A stretch of 64,000 nucleotides of DNA from the NCBI GenBank assembly GCA_950096895.1, contig CATNBF010000001.1, positions 20,853-84,852 on the forward strand, written 5' to 3'. Under the pieces are notes generated by a model. The model was not told the origin of the DNA and made no database searches. It saw only the letters and a list, made by a program, of their open reading frames with translations. Shown here one piece after another: positions 46,863 to 57,898 of this stretch (the stretch's first letter is position 1; each line of letters opens with the position of its first letter). Source of the stretch: an uncultured bacterium (GTDB lineage: Bacteria > Pseudomonadota > Alphaproteobacteria > Rs-D84). The translations under genes and the position numbers were made by a program.

Positions 46863-48938
46863 ATGACATATAATGAAATCCGCAAGGTATTTTTGGACTA
46901 TTTTGCCGCACATGGCCACACCATTGTACCGTCGGCATCACTGATCCCCAATGATCCAACATTGCTGTTCACGGTGGCCGGCATGGTTCCCTGGAAGGGT
47001 ATTTTACAAGGCACCGAACAACCGTTCGCCCCGCGCGTGGCCGACGTCCAGAAATGCATTCGTGCCGGGGGCAAGCATAATGACCTGGACCAGGTGGGTT
47101 ACGATGGCCGTCATCATACATTCTTTGAAATGTTGGGCAATTGGTCTTTTGGTGATTATTTCAAGCACCAGGCCATCGAAATGTCGTGGGAATTATTAAC
47201 AAAAGTATTCGGTCTGGATCCCAATCGCATTATTGTGACGACGCACACATCTGATGACGAAGCCACCGCCATATGGAAAAAAATTACTGGCAAAGACGCC
47301 ATTCGCCTGGACAAAGATAACTGGTGGTCGGCGGGTGATACCGGACCGTGCGGGCCATGCACAGAAATGCATTATGACTTTGGTCCGGAATTTGCCGGCG
47401 GCCTGCCAGGCAGCGCGGACGAAGACGGCGGCCGTTATGTCGAAATCTGGAATGATGTGTTTATGCAATATGACCGCGATGCCAATGGCAATTTGACCCC
47501 ACTGCCGAAACAAAATGTCGATACAGGCGCGGGTCTGGAACGTGTTGCCGCCATCATGCAGGGTGTACACGATAATTATGACACAGATTTATTCCAACAT
47601 TTAATGACCGCTGTTTCGGACGTTACCGGTGTTTCACGTACAGATGAAAACACACCATCGTTCAAGGTAATCACCGACCACTTGCGTGCCGTTGGATTCG
47701 CCATCGCCGATGGGGTTATTCCATCTAATACAGATCGGGGATATGTTATTCGGCGTATCCTGCGCCGCGCCATGCGCCATGGTCAGATCTTGGGTCATCG
47801 GGGGGCGTTGTTATCACGGCTGTATCCGGCATTAATTACCGAAATGGGTGATGCATACCCGGAATTGGCACGTAATGAAAAACACGTATTGGAAATTATC
47901 GAAAACGAAGAAAATGCCTTTGCCGATATGTTGCAAAACGGGATGAAATTGCTGGATGCCGAATTGCCAAAATTAAACAATAAAATACTGCCGGGGGATG
48001 TGGCGTTTAAGCTGTTTGATACGTATGGATTTCCGCTGGATCTGACGCAAATGATCCTGCGCGATCGTGGGATCGATGTTGATACCGCTGGATTTGATGC
48101 CGCCATGCGTGAACAAAAAGAACGTTCACGTGCCGACACCAAAGGAACGCGGGTTCTGTGGGAATCCCAAACCCAATTAAACGCAACAGATGATGCGGCA
48201 AAATATGCCCCATCGGATATAACAGCCACAGTGGTATCAATCCTGCGTGATGGCGAATTCGTCACGTCTGCCGACGCCAACGATACAGTTGAAATCGCGT
48301 TGGATAAAACGACATTTTATGGCACCCAGGGTGGTCAAACAGGCGATTCGGGCACCCTGTGCCGGGATGGTGCCCCCATCATGACCGTGACCGAGGCCGC
48401 CCGCGCCAACAATATTGTTATACACAAGGGTACCTTGACCGCCCCGATTGCGGTTGGGGACATTGTCACGCCCGTTGTTAATGCAACGGTACGTCAACAA
48501 ACCGCACGCGCCCACACGGCAACCCACCTATTACAGGCGGCATTACGCACGGTCTTGAACGAAGACGTCGAACAACGCGGATCCAAGGTCAGTCCTGATT
48601 CTGTTCGATTTGATTTTTCATTTGGTCGTGCCATGACCCCGGACGAAAAACAGGCGGTCGAAGATCTGGTGAACAAATGGATTGCGGCCGATATGCCGGT
48701 GGCGCACGAAGAAATGTCAATTGATGCCGCCAAAGAACGCGGGGCCATGGCATTGTTCGGCGAAAAATATGGTGATACAGTGCGCGTTATTACGGCGGGC
48801 GATGTGTCATGCGAACTGTGTGGCGGAACCCATATTGATCGCACCGGTGAAATCATTCGCGCCAAAATTAACAAAGAAAAATCTATCAGCAGTGGCATTC
48901 GCCGCATTACCATGTCGGTTGGAACACTGGCTGAATAA
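46863..48938 (+). CDS. alaS: alanine--tRNA ligase (short form, 691 aa)
   Basis: Canonical N-terminal catalytic region and the editing-domain HxxxH/CxxxH motifs (HTATHLL, CGGTH). The ORF ends shortly after the editing domain. Confidence 0.9.
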   Translation: MTYNEIRKVFLDYFAAHGHTIVPSASLIPNDPTLLFTVAGMVPWKGILQGTEQPFAPRVADVQKCIRAGGKHNDLDQVGYDGRHHTFFEMLGNWSFGDYFKHQAIEMSWELLTKVFGLDPNRIIVTTHTSDDEATAIWKKITGKDAIRLDKDNWWSAGDTGPCGPCTEMHYDFGPEFAGGLPGSADEDGGRYVEIWNDVFMQYDRDANGNLTPLPKQNVDTGAGLERVAAIMQGVHDNYDTDLFQHLMTAVSDVTGVSRTDENTPSFKVITDHLRAVGFAIADGVIPSNTDRGYVIRRILRRAMRHGQILGHRGALLSRLYPALITEMGDAYPELARNEKHVLEIIENEENAFADMLQNGMKLLDAELPKLNNKILPGDVAFKLFDTYGFPLDLTQMILRDRGIDVDTAGFDAAMREQKERSRADTKGTRVLWESQTQLNATDDAAKYAPSDITATVVSILRDGEFVTSADANDTVEIALDKTTFYGTQGGQTGDSGTLCRDGAPIMTVTEAARANNIVIHKGTLTAPIAVGDIVTPVVNATVRQQTARAHTATHLLQAALRTVLNEDVEQRGSKVSPDSVRFDFSFGRAMTPDEKQAVEDLVNKWIAADMPVAHEEMSIDAAKERGAMALFGEKYGDTVRVITAGDVSCELCGGTHIDRTGEIIRAKINKEKSISSGIRRITMSVGTLAE

Positions 48939-48967
48939 AGAAACGCCCCATGTGGGCGTTTTTTTAT
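48939..48967 (+). terminator. alaS intrinsic terminator
   Basis: aaagaaacgcccc-atgt-gggcgttttttt. Confidence 0.7.
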
Positions 48968-49007
48968 TCGATAATTTCAGGTAAATCATCAAATATTAAA
49001 ATCTGTG

Positions 49008-49931
49008 TTATTCATCATCATCCATCCCGGCACGGGGGTGGGCATTGTTATAGATTTTTGAAATTTCGGCCATATTTACCCGCGTATACAATTGCGTTGT
49101 CGACAATGACGAATGCCCCAATAATTCTTGCAGGGTACGTAAATCTGCCCCATCGGACAGTAATGCCGTCGCAAACGTATGACGCAACGCATGCGGCGTC
49201 ACATAATCTGGCAATTGCAAATAATGACGCAACTTTTCAACCACTTTTTGCGCCATTCGGGCCGTCATTACATGGCCACGCACACTGCAAAACAAAGGAT
49301 CATCGGGCCCATTGCCATCCGGGCGCACGGCAATGTATGCATCAATTGCGTCATAGACCGCCGGCAAAACCGGAATTAGACGCTCTTTGGATCCCTTGCC
49401 CACAATACGTAACGTATCTGGTCGGGATGCCACATCACGATTGGTCAGCCCCAATGCCTCTGACACACGTAACCCGCACCCAAACAGCACCACCACCAAC
49501 GCCCAATCCCGGGCGGCAATCCATTGACAATTTGAATCAATCACAGAAATGGCATCATGCATATCTGCGACATCTGTTGATTCAATGGCCTTGGACAGCG
49601 TTCGTGGCACCTTTGGCGCGGCGATTAATTCAATATATTCGTTTTGGATTTGATGTGTTTTACGCAAGAATTTATAAAACGTTCGCAACGCAGCCAATGC
49701 ACGTGCCGTAGATTTATGTGTCATATGACGCCGAACCCGGTCGGCCATCCATGCCCGAAAGACCGTTGTATCGGCCGTCCCCATATCATGGGGCAAAATA
49801 TCCGCGCCACGATATATGGCATAAAATTTTAACATATCGGCAATATCACGCTGATATGCGTTAATCGTGTGCGCGGAATATTTTTTTACACACGCCAAAT
49901 AATCTAAAAATTCGGCGATAATATTATTCAT
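49008..49931 (-). CDS. XerC/XerD-type tyrosine recombinase
   Basis: C-terminal HALRHTFAT and LLGHSSLSTTQLYTRV motifs. 307 aa. Confidence 0.85.
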   Translation of the reverse strand: MNNIIAEFLDYLACVKKYSAHTINAYQRDIADMLKFYAIYRGADILPHDMGTADTTVFRAWMADRVRRHMTHKSTARALAALRTFYKFLRKTHQIQNEYIELIAAPKVPRTLSKAIESTDVADMHDAISVIDSNCQWIAARDWALVVVLFGCGLRVSEALGLTNRDVASRPDTLRIVGKGSKERLIPVLPAVYDAIDAYIAVRPDGNGPDDPLFCSVRGHVMTARMAQKVVEKLRHYLQLPDYVTPHALRHTFATALLSDGADLRTLQELLGHSSLSTTQLYTRVNMAEISKIYNNAHPRAGMDDDE

Positions 49932-50653
49932 TTAATTTCAAAAACCGCAGATACGGATACCGCCACTTCGGTATCTTTGGCCACGATACCCCCCGCCGCA
50001 AATGCAGCATCTTCGGCAACCGCCAACTTGGCCGAACGCAGATAATTCGCCGTCGGTCGAACCACATTATTGGTCGATGCCCCATATTCAACCGCAATCA
50101 TTTTTCCGGCATGACGTCCATCCCCTGCGGCCAAGGCATTTGCCCGTGTGCGGGCATTTTCAACCGCCGTCCCCAAACACTTTTCCAAAATTGGTTTCAT
50201 GGTTTCCGTGCTGGTAAACATGCGCAAGTTTTCGGTATAAACATTTTCCAGACCGGCAAACTTGGTCAAGACCGTTTCAATTGTTTCGATATTATCGGCC
50301 GAAACTTCAATGGCGATTGTTGTTTCAATCCCCAGCTTGATTGACTTTTGCGCAGTGCGATCCCATTCGGTTTTTTCATACGAATCAAATTGGGTCGTTT
50401 GTAATTTTACATCCAGCGTTTTCAAATACGCCGTCATCGCCGCCACTTGGTCACTGGCCATCTTCATTGATTTTGCCGCATCTTTGTCCAATGTTGTCAC
50501 GCGCAAAGTAATCGCTGTACGATCTTTTGGGGCCGTGGTCAGACATTCCCCCGTCACCGCAATGGTGCGCAGTTCACGATTAGATGTACCCACCCACGCA
50601 ATAACCGCCGCAGCGGCAATCACACTGGCGGCAACAAGTAACGTTTTTTGCAT
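49928..50653 (-). CDS. SIMPL/DUF541 periplasmic protein (Bp26-like)
   Basis: Signal or anchor helix and a pattern similar to the SIMPL family. 241 aa. Confidence 0.55.
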   Translation of the reverse strand: MQKTLLVAASVIAAAAVIAWVGTSNRELRTIAVTGECLTTAPKDRTAITLRVTTLDKDAAKSMKMASDQVAAMTAYLKTLDVKLQTTQFDSYEKTEWDRTAQKSIKLGIETTIAIEVSADNIETIETVLTKFAGLENVYTENLRMFTSTETMKPILEKCLGTAVENARTRANALAAGDGRHAGKMIAVEYGASTNNVVRPTANYLRSAKLAVAEDAAFAAGGIVAKDTEVAVSVSAVFEIK

Positions 50654-50688
50654 TTTTCTCTCCTTTTCTTGATGTAAATTATATTTTC

Positions 50689-51681
50689 CTAGCCCAACAT
50701 GGCATGATGAACGCGATCATATGTCTGGGCGGCCACTGCGCGGGCACGCGCCGCGCCATCGGCCAAGATGGCATCAATTTCCGATGGATTTGCCATCAAG
50801 CGTTCATATTCATTTCGCACCGGTGTCAAGACCGCGTTGATCTTGTCAAATAAAATGGTCTTGGCCGTGCCGTATCCCATCCCGGGGGTCATCAACTTTT
50901 GACGAAAATCTGCGATTTCGTCGTCTGTGGCAAAGTGCGTATATAATTGAAAGATCGTCGATGTATCCGGATCTTTGACATCGTCCGGTGTCTTGGAATC
51001 TGTAATAATGCGCATAATTTTCTTTTTCAATTCATTTTCCGGCGCAAGCAAGGGGATGGTGTTGTCGTACGACTTGCTCATCTTGCGGCCATCCAGCCCC
51101 GGAATAATCCCGGTGCTTTGCCCAATCACAGGTTCCGGCAACTTAAATACATTCCCATAGATATGATTAAAATATCCGGCGATATCACGTGCAAATTCCA
51201 CATGCTGCTTTTGATCTGCGCCACATGGTACAATATCTGTGCCATATAATAAAATATCCGCCGCCATCAATACCGGATAGGTATACAGCCCCATATTCAC
51301 CCCGGCATCTGTATCCAACCCAGCCGCCATATTTTTATCCATGGCGGCCTTGTACGAATGGGCACGGTTCATCAATCCCTTGGGTGTGACATTCATCAGC
51401 ATTGTTGATAATTGCGAAACCTGGACAATATCAGATTGACGAAACAAGACCGCATTGTTCAAATCCAATCCCATCGCGATCAGCAGCGCGGCAATTTCGT
51501 ACGTATGTTGCCGAATTTGCGCAGCATCATGAATAATATTTAACGCATGCAGATCGGCAATGAACATAAACGTGCGATTTGAACGCGCCATTTCAATCAA
51601 CGGCTTTAAGGCACCGACATAGTTACCAATATGTGGCGTTCCTGTGGGTTTAATACCGGTTAATACAATTTTTTCTGACAT
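50689..51681 (-). CDS. trpS: tryptophan--tRNA ligase
   Basis: GIKPTGTPHIGNY (HIGH) and KMSKS. Confidence 0.95.
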   Translation of the reverse strand: MSEKIVLTGIKPTGTPHIGNYVGALKPLIEMARSNRTFMFIADLHALNIIHDAAQIRQHTYEIAALLIAMGLDLNNAVLFRQSDIVQVSQLSTMLMNVTPKGLMNRAHSYKAAMDKNMAAGLDTDAGVNMGLYTYPVLMAADILLYGTDIVPCGADQKQHVEFARDIAGYFNHIYGNVFKLPEPVIGQSTGIIPGLDGRKMSKSYDNTIPLLAPENELKKKIMRIITDSKTPDDVKDPDTSTIFQLYTHFATDDEIADFRQKLMTPGMGYGTAKTILFDKINAVLTPVRNEYERLMANPSEIDAILADGAARARAVAAQTYDRVHHAMLG

Positions 51682-51916
51682 AATAAATACCTTTGTTGTT
51701 CTAATTCTAATATGTTTGTTGTGAAAATAAAAGAACGAAATTTATTCGTTTATATAATATGAACAGATTCAGGCGGCAATGCGCCAGCAATCAAAACCAA
51801 CAAAGATTAAATTTGAATCAATCACGTTCTTGATTATATAACATCATCCCCCCATGTAAAGTGATATTTATCCCCCCACAAATAAAAATCCCCGTATGTT
51901 ACGGGGACAGAGACAC

Positions 51917-54202
51917 TTAGAATTGGGTTTCAAATGACAACAGGAATCGCTGCTCGCGGTCATATTTGTTCATCTTTAACGGCCACCCCCAAGAAAAGTT
52001 CATGGGCCCCATCGGTGTATTCCAATAAATACCAACCCCCGCAGACGTGCGTAAAGACTGATCAATATCATTAGATTGACATTTATCCCCAATACAGAAT
52101 ACATCTTCATCCCGCGGCGGCTTGCCCAGTATACCATAATCCATAAAGACAAATCCTTTGACCTGGTATTCATCGGGGATAAATATCGGGAAATTCAACT
52201 GGGTCGATCCATTAAATTTCCATAGTCCACCCAACGAATAATTGGTATAGAACCAATTGCGGCTGCCCACACCGGCCACATCAAAACCACGCAATGATTC
52301 CCCACCCAAGAAATAACGATATACACGCGATACGTAATCCCCATCTAATGGCTGGATATATCCAAAATCCAACGAAGACCGTAATTGCCACCGATCATCC
52401 CAGAATTTTATCATACCAATCACATCGGCACTGTATCGCATAAATGTTTCTGTGCCCCCAAAGCCGGTATAGGACACACCAACATTTCCCACCACACCTG
52501 TGTGGGTATTTTGTTCAAAATTTGTATGTAAATTATGATACCGCCAATTCGTTCCCAACGTATACAAATTCGCCGCACGCCATCCCGACGATTGCAGATC
52601 ATAATTCTGGTCAAACGATGCCGATAGACGCAATGTCTGGGTCCAATGATCGGTCAAACGCCATCCCATACGACCCGATACCGCCAAAGAATCACGATCG
52701 TACCCAAAACTGCCCAATGAAGAATAGTTATACATGGTATACGACACATCAAACCCGGCCGATAATTGACGCCCGAACAGATACGGTTCGGTAAAGCTGA
52801 ACAAGGCCTGCCGCTGATATTCGGCAATTGATCCACGCAATTGAACCGTTTGGCCACGTCCCATAAAGTTATTTTCGGTGATCCCCGCATCAACCATGAA
52901 TCCATTAATGTTGGACCATCCCAATCCACCAGATAATTCACCGGTCGGTTGTTCTTCGACCTTGACATCCAGATTCATCATATTCGCATCGGCAATACGA
53001 CTGGGGGTCATCTGGACATCTTTGAAATAACGGGTACGCATTAACCGCTGGCGGCCTTCTTCGATTGTCTGCAAAGAAAACGGATCGCCGGCCCGCATGG
53101 GTAACAGCTGCTCTATCACGCTATCGAATGTGCGCACATTTCCCAGAATATTAATGGAATTCAAATAAATTCGATTTGTCTTTTGAATTTTGAAATCCAG
53201 ATCAATTGTGCGTGTATCATCATTTTTAACCGGGATCGGATCCACACTGATAAACGCATAGCCATAATCAGCCACCGCGCCACGCATCGCATTCATCGTT
53301 TCTTCGACCAGATCGACATTATACACGTCACCCTTTTTCATCTTGATCGTGCGCATCAAGACATCATCAGGGACATCTGGAAACGGATTGGTTATCGTTA
53401 ATTTTCCAAAATCATAACGCGGCCCTTCGTCTACGGTAAAGGTAACCGAATAATAATCACGTTCTGGGGTAAATACGCCGGCGGCATTTTTAACCTGGAA
53501 ATCGACATAACCATTACGCAAATAAAACTGGCGCAGCATCTGCTGGTCATACAAAATACGATCTTCATCAAAAACATCAAATTGCGTCATAAACCGCCAC
53601 CAGGCATGCTGGCGCGACAAGATTTCATCCCGTAATGTCCGACTGCGGAATTTTTTATTCCCAACAAAGTCAATCTTGCGAATATAGGTGGGATGCCCTT
53701 CTTTGATTTCATAAACAACATTAACCCGATTATCCGACAGCTGGATTTTTTTCGGTTCAATTTTTGTTCCGAAAAAGCCCTTGCGCTGATAAATGGTTAA
53801 CATGCGCTGAACATCGGCACCAATAACAGATTCATCGTATGACGCCCGTTCTTTTAACCGAATTTCTTTTTTAAGATCATCGGTGGAAATGTCATCATTA
53901 CCTTCGACCGTTACCATGTTGACGGTTGGGGCCTCGGCAATATTAATTTTCAAGACATCCCCAGACATCCGCACATCAATTTTTGAAAAATACCCACTTT
54001 CACGCAGTTTTTTTGCCGTCTTGTTTACCCCTTCGGAATTCAAGCTGTCCCCAACCTTAACACCGGCCAGAATACGAATTGATTCGGCATCCATACGTGA
54101 ATTTCCAGACACATCAATACGTGAAATCGTGGCCCCAACCGCCACGCCCGGCACAACCGCCGCCGCCATTACCGATAAACAAATTGATTTATATTTCATC
54201 AT
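51917..54202 (-). CDS. bamA: outer membrane protein assembly factor BamA
   Basis: POTRA repeats, a beta-barrel and a C-terminal ..LLSFETQF. It lies downstream of rseP. The start is moved to MMKYKS. Confidence 0.9.
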   Translation of the reverse strand: MMKYKSICLSVMAAAVVPGVAVGATISRIDVSGNSRMDAESIRILAGVKVGDSLNSEGVNKTAKKLRESGYFSKIDVRMSGDVLKINIAEAPTVNMVTVEGNDDISTDDLKKEIRLKERASYDESVIGADVQRMLTIYQRKGFFGTKIEPKKIQLSDNRVNVVYEIKEGHPTYIRKIDFVGNKKFRSRTLRDEILSRQHAWWRFMTQFDVFDEDRILYDQQMLRQFYLRNGYVDFQVKNAAGVFTPERDYYSVTFTVDEGPRYDFGKLTITNPFPDVPDDVLMRTIKMKKGDVYNVDLVEETMNAMRGAVADYGYAFISVDPIPVKNDDTRTIDLDFKIQKTNRIYLNSINILGNVRTFDSVIEQLLPMRAGDPFSLQTIEEGRQRLMRTRYFKDVQMTPSRIADANMMNLDVKVEEQPTGELSGGLGWSNINGFMVDAGITENNFMGRGQTVQLRGSIAEYQRQALFSFTEPYLFGRQLSAGFDVSYTMYNYSSLGSFGYDRDSLAVSGRMGWRLTDHWTQTLRLSASFDQNYDLQSSGWRAANLYTLGTNWRYHNLHTNFEQNTHTGVVGNVGVSYTGFGGTETFMRYSADVIGMIKFWDDRWQLRSSLDFGYIQPLDGDYVSRVYRYFLGGESLRGFDVAGVGSRNWFYTNYSLGGLWKFNGSTQLNFPIFIPDEYQVKGFVFMDYGILGKPPRDEDVFCIGDKCQSNDIDQSLRTSAGVGIYWNTPMGPMNFSWGWPLKMNKYDREQRFLLSFETQF

Positions 54203-54218
54203 ATGTCCATTTCTGATT

Positions 54219-55274
54219 TCATAACCCAAAAACGCGAACCAAATCATTCCACATGGTCAACGCAAACATCGCAATAATCAGCCCCCATCCGCACATAATC
54301 GCGATTTCCATCCCGCGGCCAACTAATTTCCGACGCGTCACACCTTCGATAATCAAAATCAACAGATATCCCCCGTCCAGCACCGGCAACGGTAATAAAT
54401 TAATAACCCCTAAATTCACCGACAGTAACGCAATAATCGACAAAAATGCGAACAGCCCCATGGCCATGGCCTGGCCAGAAACCTCTGCAATGGTGATAAA
54501 TGATCCCAATTGCTTTGAAGACCGTTCCCCTGTAACAATCTGTTTCAGCACCACCAACAGTGTTTTGGATTGATTGTATGTTTCACGCGCACCGGCCCGA
54601 ATGGCACCAAAAAATCCTTTTTTGCGAAATTCGGTTTTGCTGCCGTCGGCAATTAGTCCCCACCGTTCTGCCGGACTTAATTTCACCGAAACCAATTTAT
54701 CCCCACGCAGCAAAAGCACATTGGCATCACGATTGGCGGCCAATTCTTTGGCGATAATTAATTCCCCCCAATTGGTAATTTTTTCTTCGTCAATGCGCAT
54801 AACTGTGTCACCTGGTTTTACCCCGGCATGAAAGGCAACGGATTCTTGGATCACTTGGCCAACCACAGGTAATTGCACATTTTTCGGTTGAAACATAAAC
54901 AGTGCCGAATAAATCCCCCACGCCAAAACAAAGTTCATAAATACACCGGCGGCAATGATAATAAATTGCTTCCACGCGGGTACAGACAGATAATGACCAC
55001 ACTTTTTATCCGCCGGCAATTCATTGAATTTCTTGCGATCAAACATATCTTCTTGGCCATAGATCGATACATATCCCCCCAAAGGCAGCAACGCAATCTG
55101 CCACACGGTACCACATTTATCACACCATTTAACCAAGGCCGGACCAAACCCAATTGAAAACTTGTTCACGCGCACACCACATAACCGCGCCGCCATAAAG
55201 TGCCCCAATTCATGAACAAACACCACCACACCCAAAACAATCAGTAATGCAACAATGGTTAAAATAATATTCAT
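54219..55274 (-). CDS. rseP: RIP zinc metalloprotease RseP
   Basis: HELGHF motif, a PDZ region and multiple TM helices. Confidence 0.9.
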   Translation of the reverse strand: MNIILTIVALLIVLGVVVFVHELGHFMAARLCGVRVNKFSIGFGPALVKWCDKCGTVWQIALLPLGGYVSIYGQEDMFDRKKFNELPADKKCGHYLSVPAWKQFIIIAAGVFMNFVLAWGIYSALFMFQPKNVQLPVVGQVIQESVAFHAGVKPGDTVMRIDEEKITNWGELIIAKELAANRDANVLLLRGDKLVSVKLSPAERWGLIADGSKTEFRKKGFFGAIRAGARETYNQSKTLLVVLKQIVTGERSSKQLGSFITIAEVSGQAMAMGLFAFLSIIALLSVNLGVINLLPLPVLDGGYLLILIIEGVTRRKLVGRGMEIAIMCGWGLIIAMFALTMWNDLVRVFGL

Positions 55275-55420
55275 CTTCCTTGTCCTTTTCCTTTATCCCT
55301 GGGCGGTGGCGGGGCATGCCCTTGATCGACGATCCGTTTCAAAATTGTGCGCACCACTGGATGCTATATAACTATTTTTTAACCGTTCGTCTATTTGAAA
55401 GCGTTCCCATAATCACCCAT

Positions 55421-56080
55421 TTATAACATGACCAGCCATATTAACGGCAACACATAGATCCAGCCATCAAACCGATCCAGAATTCCCCCATGGCCCGGAA
55501 TAATACGCCCAAAATCTTTGATTCCAATACGCCGTTTGATCCAGCTGGCGGTTAAATCACCATATTGGGATAGCAATGCCACACTTATCCCGATCCACAT
55601 CAATTGTGGCATAAATGTGTCTGTGCCCAATAATCCATAAAGCACAGATGCAAATGTCCCACAAATAATCCCAGCGATTTGCCCAGACCATGTCTTGCCC
55701 GACGACAAGCGTTCCCACATCTTGTCCCCACCAATTAACTTGCCAAACAACCATGCCCCCGAATCAGCCGCCACAATCGTCATCAGCATCAGCAACACAA
55801 TCCATGGCCGATTACCAACATGACTGATCGCGACCAGCACCAGCACCAGCCACCCCAGAAATGCAACACATATCGGGGTATTTTGATGCGTTAATGCCGT
55901 ATCACGATGACGGTACATAACCATAATAAATTCAACAATCATCATCACCGCAATCGCACACCCCAGCCAGCGTACCCCGGGCAACCCATAATGTTGGGCC
56001 AATGCAGCCCCCAACGCAATCAGGGTCATCCCCCCTGCGGCCAACAGACGCGTTGCCCCATTTGATAATTTTGTTTTCAT
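55421..56080 (-). CDS. cdsA: phosphatidate cytidylyltransferase
   Basis: Multi-TM protein with C-terminal ..GHGGILDRFD.. Position is uppS-cdsA. Confidence 0.8.
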   Translation of the reverse strand: MKTKLSNGATRLLAAGGMTLIALGAALAQHYGLPGVRWLGCAIAVMMIVEFIMVMYRHRDTALTHQNTPICVAFLGWLVLVLVAISHVGNRPWIVLLMLMTIVAADSGAWLFGKLIGGDKMWERLSSGKTWSGQIAGIICGTFASVLYGLLGTDTFMPQLMWIGISVALLSQYGDLTASWIKRRIGIKDFGRIIPGHGGILDRFDGWIYVLPLIWLVML

Positions 56081-56838
56081 TTTTTCTGTCCTAAATAATT
56101 CGCTTTTTTCCCGCCACCATAACGCCGATCACGTGACGCGTATTCATCCAAAGTCTGCTGCCACAGGTGCTGGCTGCTGATGAATTCTGGCCAATGCTGG
56201 GGGATGAACATTAATTCTGCATACGCCAATTTCCATAACAAGAAATTAGAAATCCGGAATTCATTACTGGTCCGAACCATTAAATCAATTGGCACCAATT
56301 CCCCGGTATCCATGTATGATTCAAATTCTTCACGTGTAACCGGAACACCGGCGACAATCGCATCATTTACGGCATTAACAATTTCATCTTGGCCACCATA
56401 ATTTAATGCAAAGACCACCGTCCCAGCAGTATTTTCAGCCGATTCTTGTTCCAATCGATCACACAATTGCGCCAATTTCTTGGGCAACCGGTCACGCGAT
56501 CCCACCACCCGATAACGCAGATTCTTTTTAACCGCATTCTTCAAATTCTTGCTTAATTCCGTCTGAAATAAATCCATCAGGAATCCAACCTCTTCATCTG
56601 AACGGGCCCAGTTTTCTGTCGAAAAGATAAAGAACGTTACCGTCGTCACGCCACGTGCAATATACCAATCAACCAGGTTTTCAAAATTCTGAATTCCTGC
56701 CTGGTGCCCCATTAATGGTGGCAGACCACGATCCTCTGCCCAGCGGCGATTCCCATCACAGATAAAGGCAATATGTGCCGGTACACGTGCCGGTTTCTGG
56801 GGGATATCCTGCTTTTTTCTTGCAAATAATTTTAACAT
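56077..56838 (-). CDS. uppS: isoprenyl transferase (undecaprenyl diphosphate synthase)
   Basis: HIAFICDGNRRWA and ..RTSNEFRISNFLLWKLAYAEL.. The start is moved to MLKLFA. Confidence 0.9.
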   Translation of the reverse strand: MLKLFARKKQDIPQKPARVPAHIAFICDGNRRWAEDRGLPPLMGHQAGIQNFENLVDWYIARGVTTVTFFIFSTENWARSDEEVGFLMDLFQTELSKNLKNAVKKNLRYRVVGSRDRLPKKLAQLCDRLEQESAENTAGTVVFALNYGGQDEIVNAVNDAIVAGVPVTREEFESYMDTGELVPIDLMVRTSNEFRISNFLLWKLAYAELMFIPQHWPEFISSQHLWQQTLDEYASRDRRYGGGKKANYLGQKK

Positions 56839-56872
56839 TTTGCGCCTGTGTTTTCTTTTAGATTGCTGATTA

Positions 56873-57433
56873 TTATACCGACATGATGTCCGTTTCTTTT
56901 TGACGGGCGATCGCATCTACTTCGCCGGCACGCGCATCAAACACTTTCTGTAAATCGTCTTCGTAACGCCGCTGATCATCTTCGGAAATTTCTTTATCGG
57001 TGACCGCCCGCTTTATCTTGCCCATGGCATCTTGGCGAATGTTACGCATAGAAATTTTTGCTTCTTCGGCGTATTTCCCAGATACTTTGACCAATTCTTT
57101 ACGACGCTCTTCGGTTAATGGGGGCAAATTCAAGCGAATAACACCACCCGCCGTCATCGGATTTAATCCCAGTCCCGAATCGCGAATGGCCTTTTCAACG
57201 GCCGGGGCATTGGTCACGTCCCACACCGTCACAGACAACGTCTGGGTATCCGGTGCAGACACAGTCGCCACCTGGTTTAGCGGCATTTCAGCCCCATAAA
57301 CCACAACACGCACCCCGTCCAGTAAATGCACCGATGCCCGCCCAGTGCGCAAGCCGGCATATTCATTTTTTAATACATCAATTGTTTGAAGTGTCTTTTG
57401 TTCAACTTCGGATTTTAATGCGGTATAGTCCAT
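56873..57433 (-). CDS. frr: ribosome recycling factor
   Basis: Canonical 186-aa sequence. Confidence 0.95.
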   Translation of the reverse strand: MDYTALKSEVEQKTLQTIDVLKNEYAGLRTGRASVHLLDGVRVVVYGAEMPLNQVATVSAPDTQTLSVTVWDVTNAPAVEKAIRDSGLGLNPMTAGGVIRLNLPPLTEERRKELVKVSGKYAEEAKISMRNIRQDAMGKIKRAVTDKEISEDDQRRYEDDLQKVFDARAGEVDAIARQKETDIMSV

Positions 57434-57521
57434 AAATATCTCCTAAAAAAATAACTTATAAAAAGATTAGCAAATTGATTTGACATTTGGCAAGAAGAAA
57501 TATAAAATAGCATCTTGTAAT

Positions 57522-57597
57522 GGGGTTGTAGCTCAGTTGGTAGAGCACTTGCATGGCATGCAAGGGGTCGTCGGTTCGAGTCCGATCAGCTCCACCA
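57522..57597 (+). tRNA. tRNA-Ala (anticodon GGC)
   Basis: ggggttg-ta-gctc-agttggta-gagc-a-cttgc-ATGGCAT-gcaag-gggtc-gtcgg-ttcgagt-ccgat-cagctcc-a-cca. The G3:U70 identity pair is present. Confidence 0.9.
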
Positions 57598-57605
57598 GAA
57601 ATTAT

Positions 57606-57631
57606 AAATGCACCAAACGGTGCATTTTTTA
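57606..57631 (+). terminator. tRNA-Ala terminator
   Basis: aaatgcacc-aaac-ggtgcatttttt. Confidence 0.7.
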
Positions 57632-57898
57632 TTTCCAGTGTTCAGACATAACTAAATCGTTGCAATCTCGATTTTTACTGGGTCGTACATATAATACATA
57701 TGACCGCGTAAACCGCTTTGCCTTTATAGATGCCTGGCCATGGTCAATGGGTGATTACAACCATCCGCGCATGTCTGACGGTACAAGAAAAGAAAACATC
57801 AGCACCGCATGCACAAACATCTTTCGGTTTATGAATATTTTTTAATGATGATAAAAAACCGGCCATAATGCCGGTTTTTATTTTGGGATGGGTTCGCC

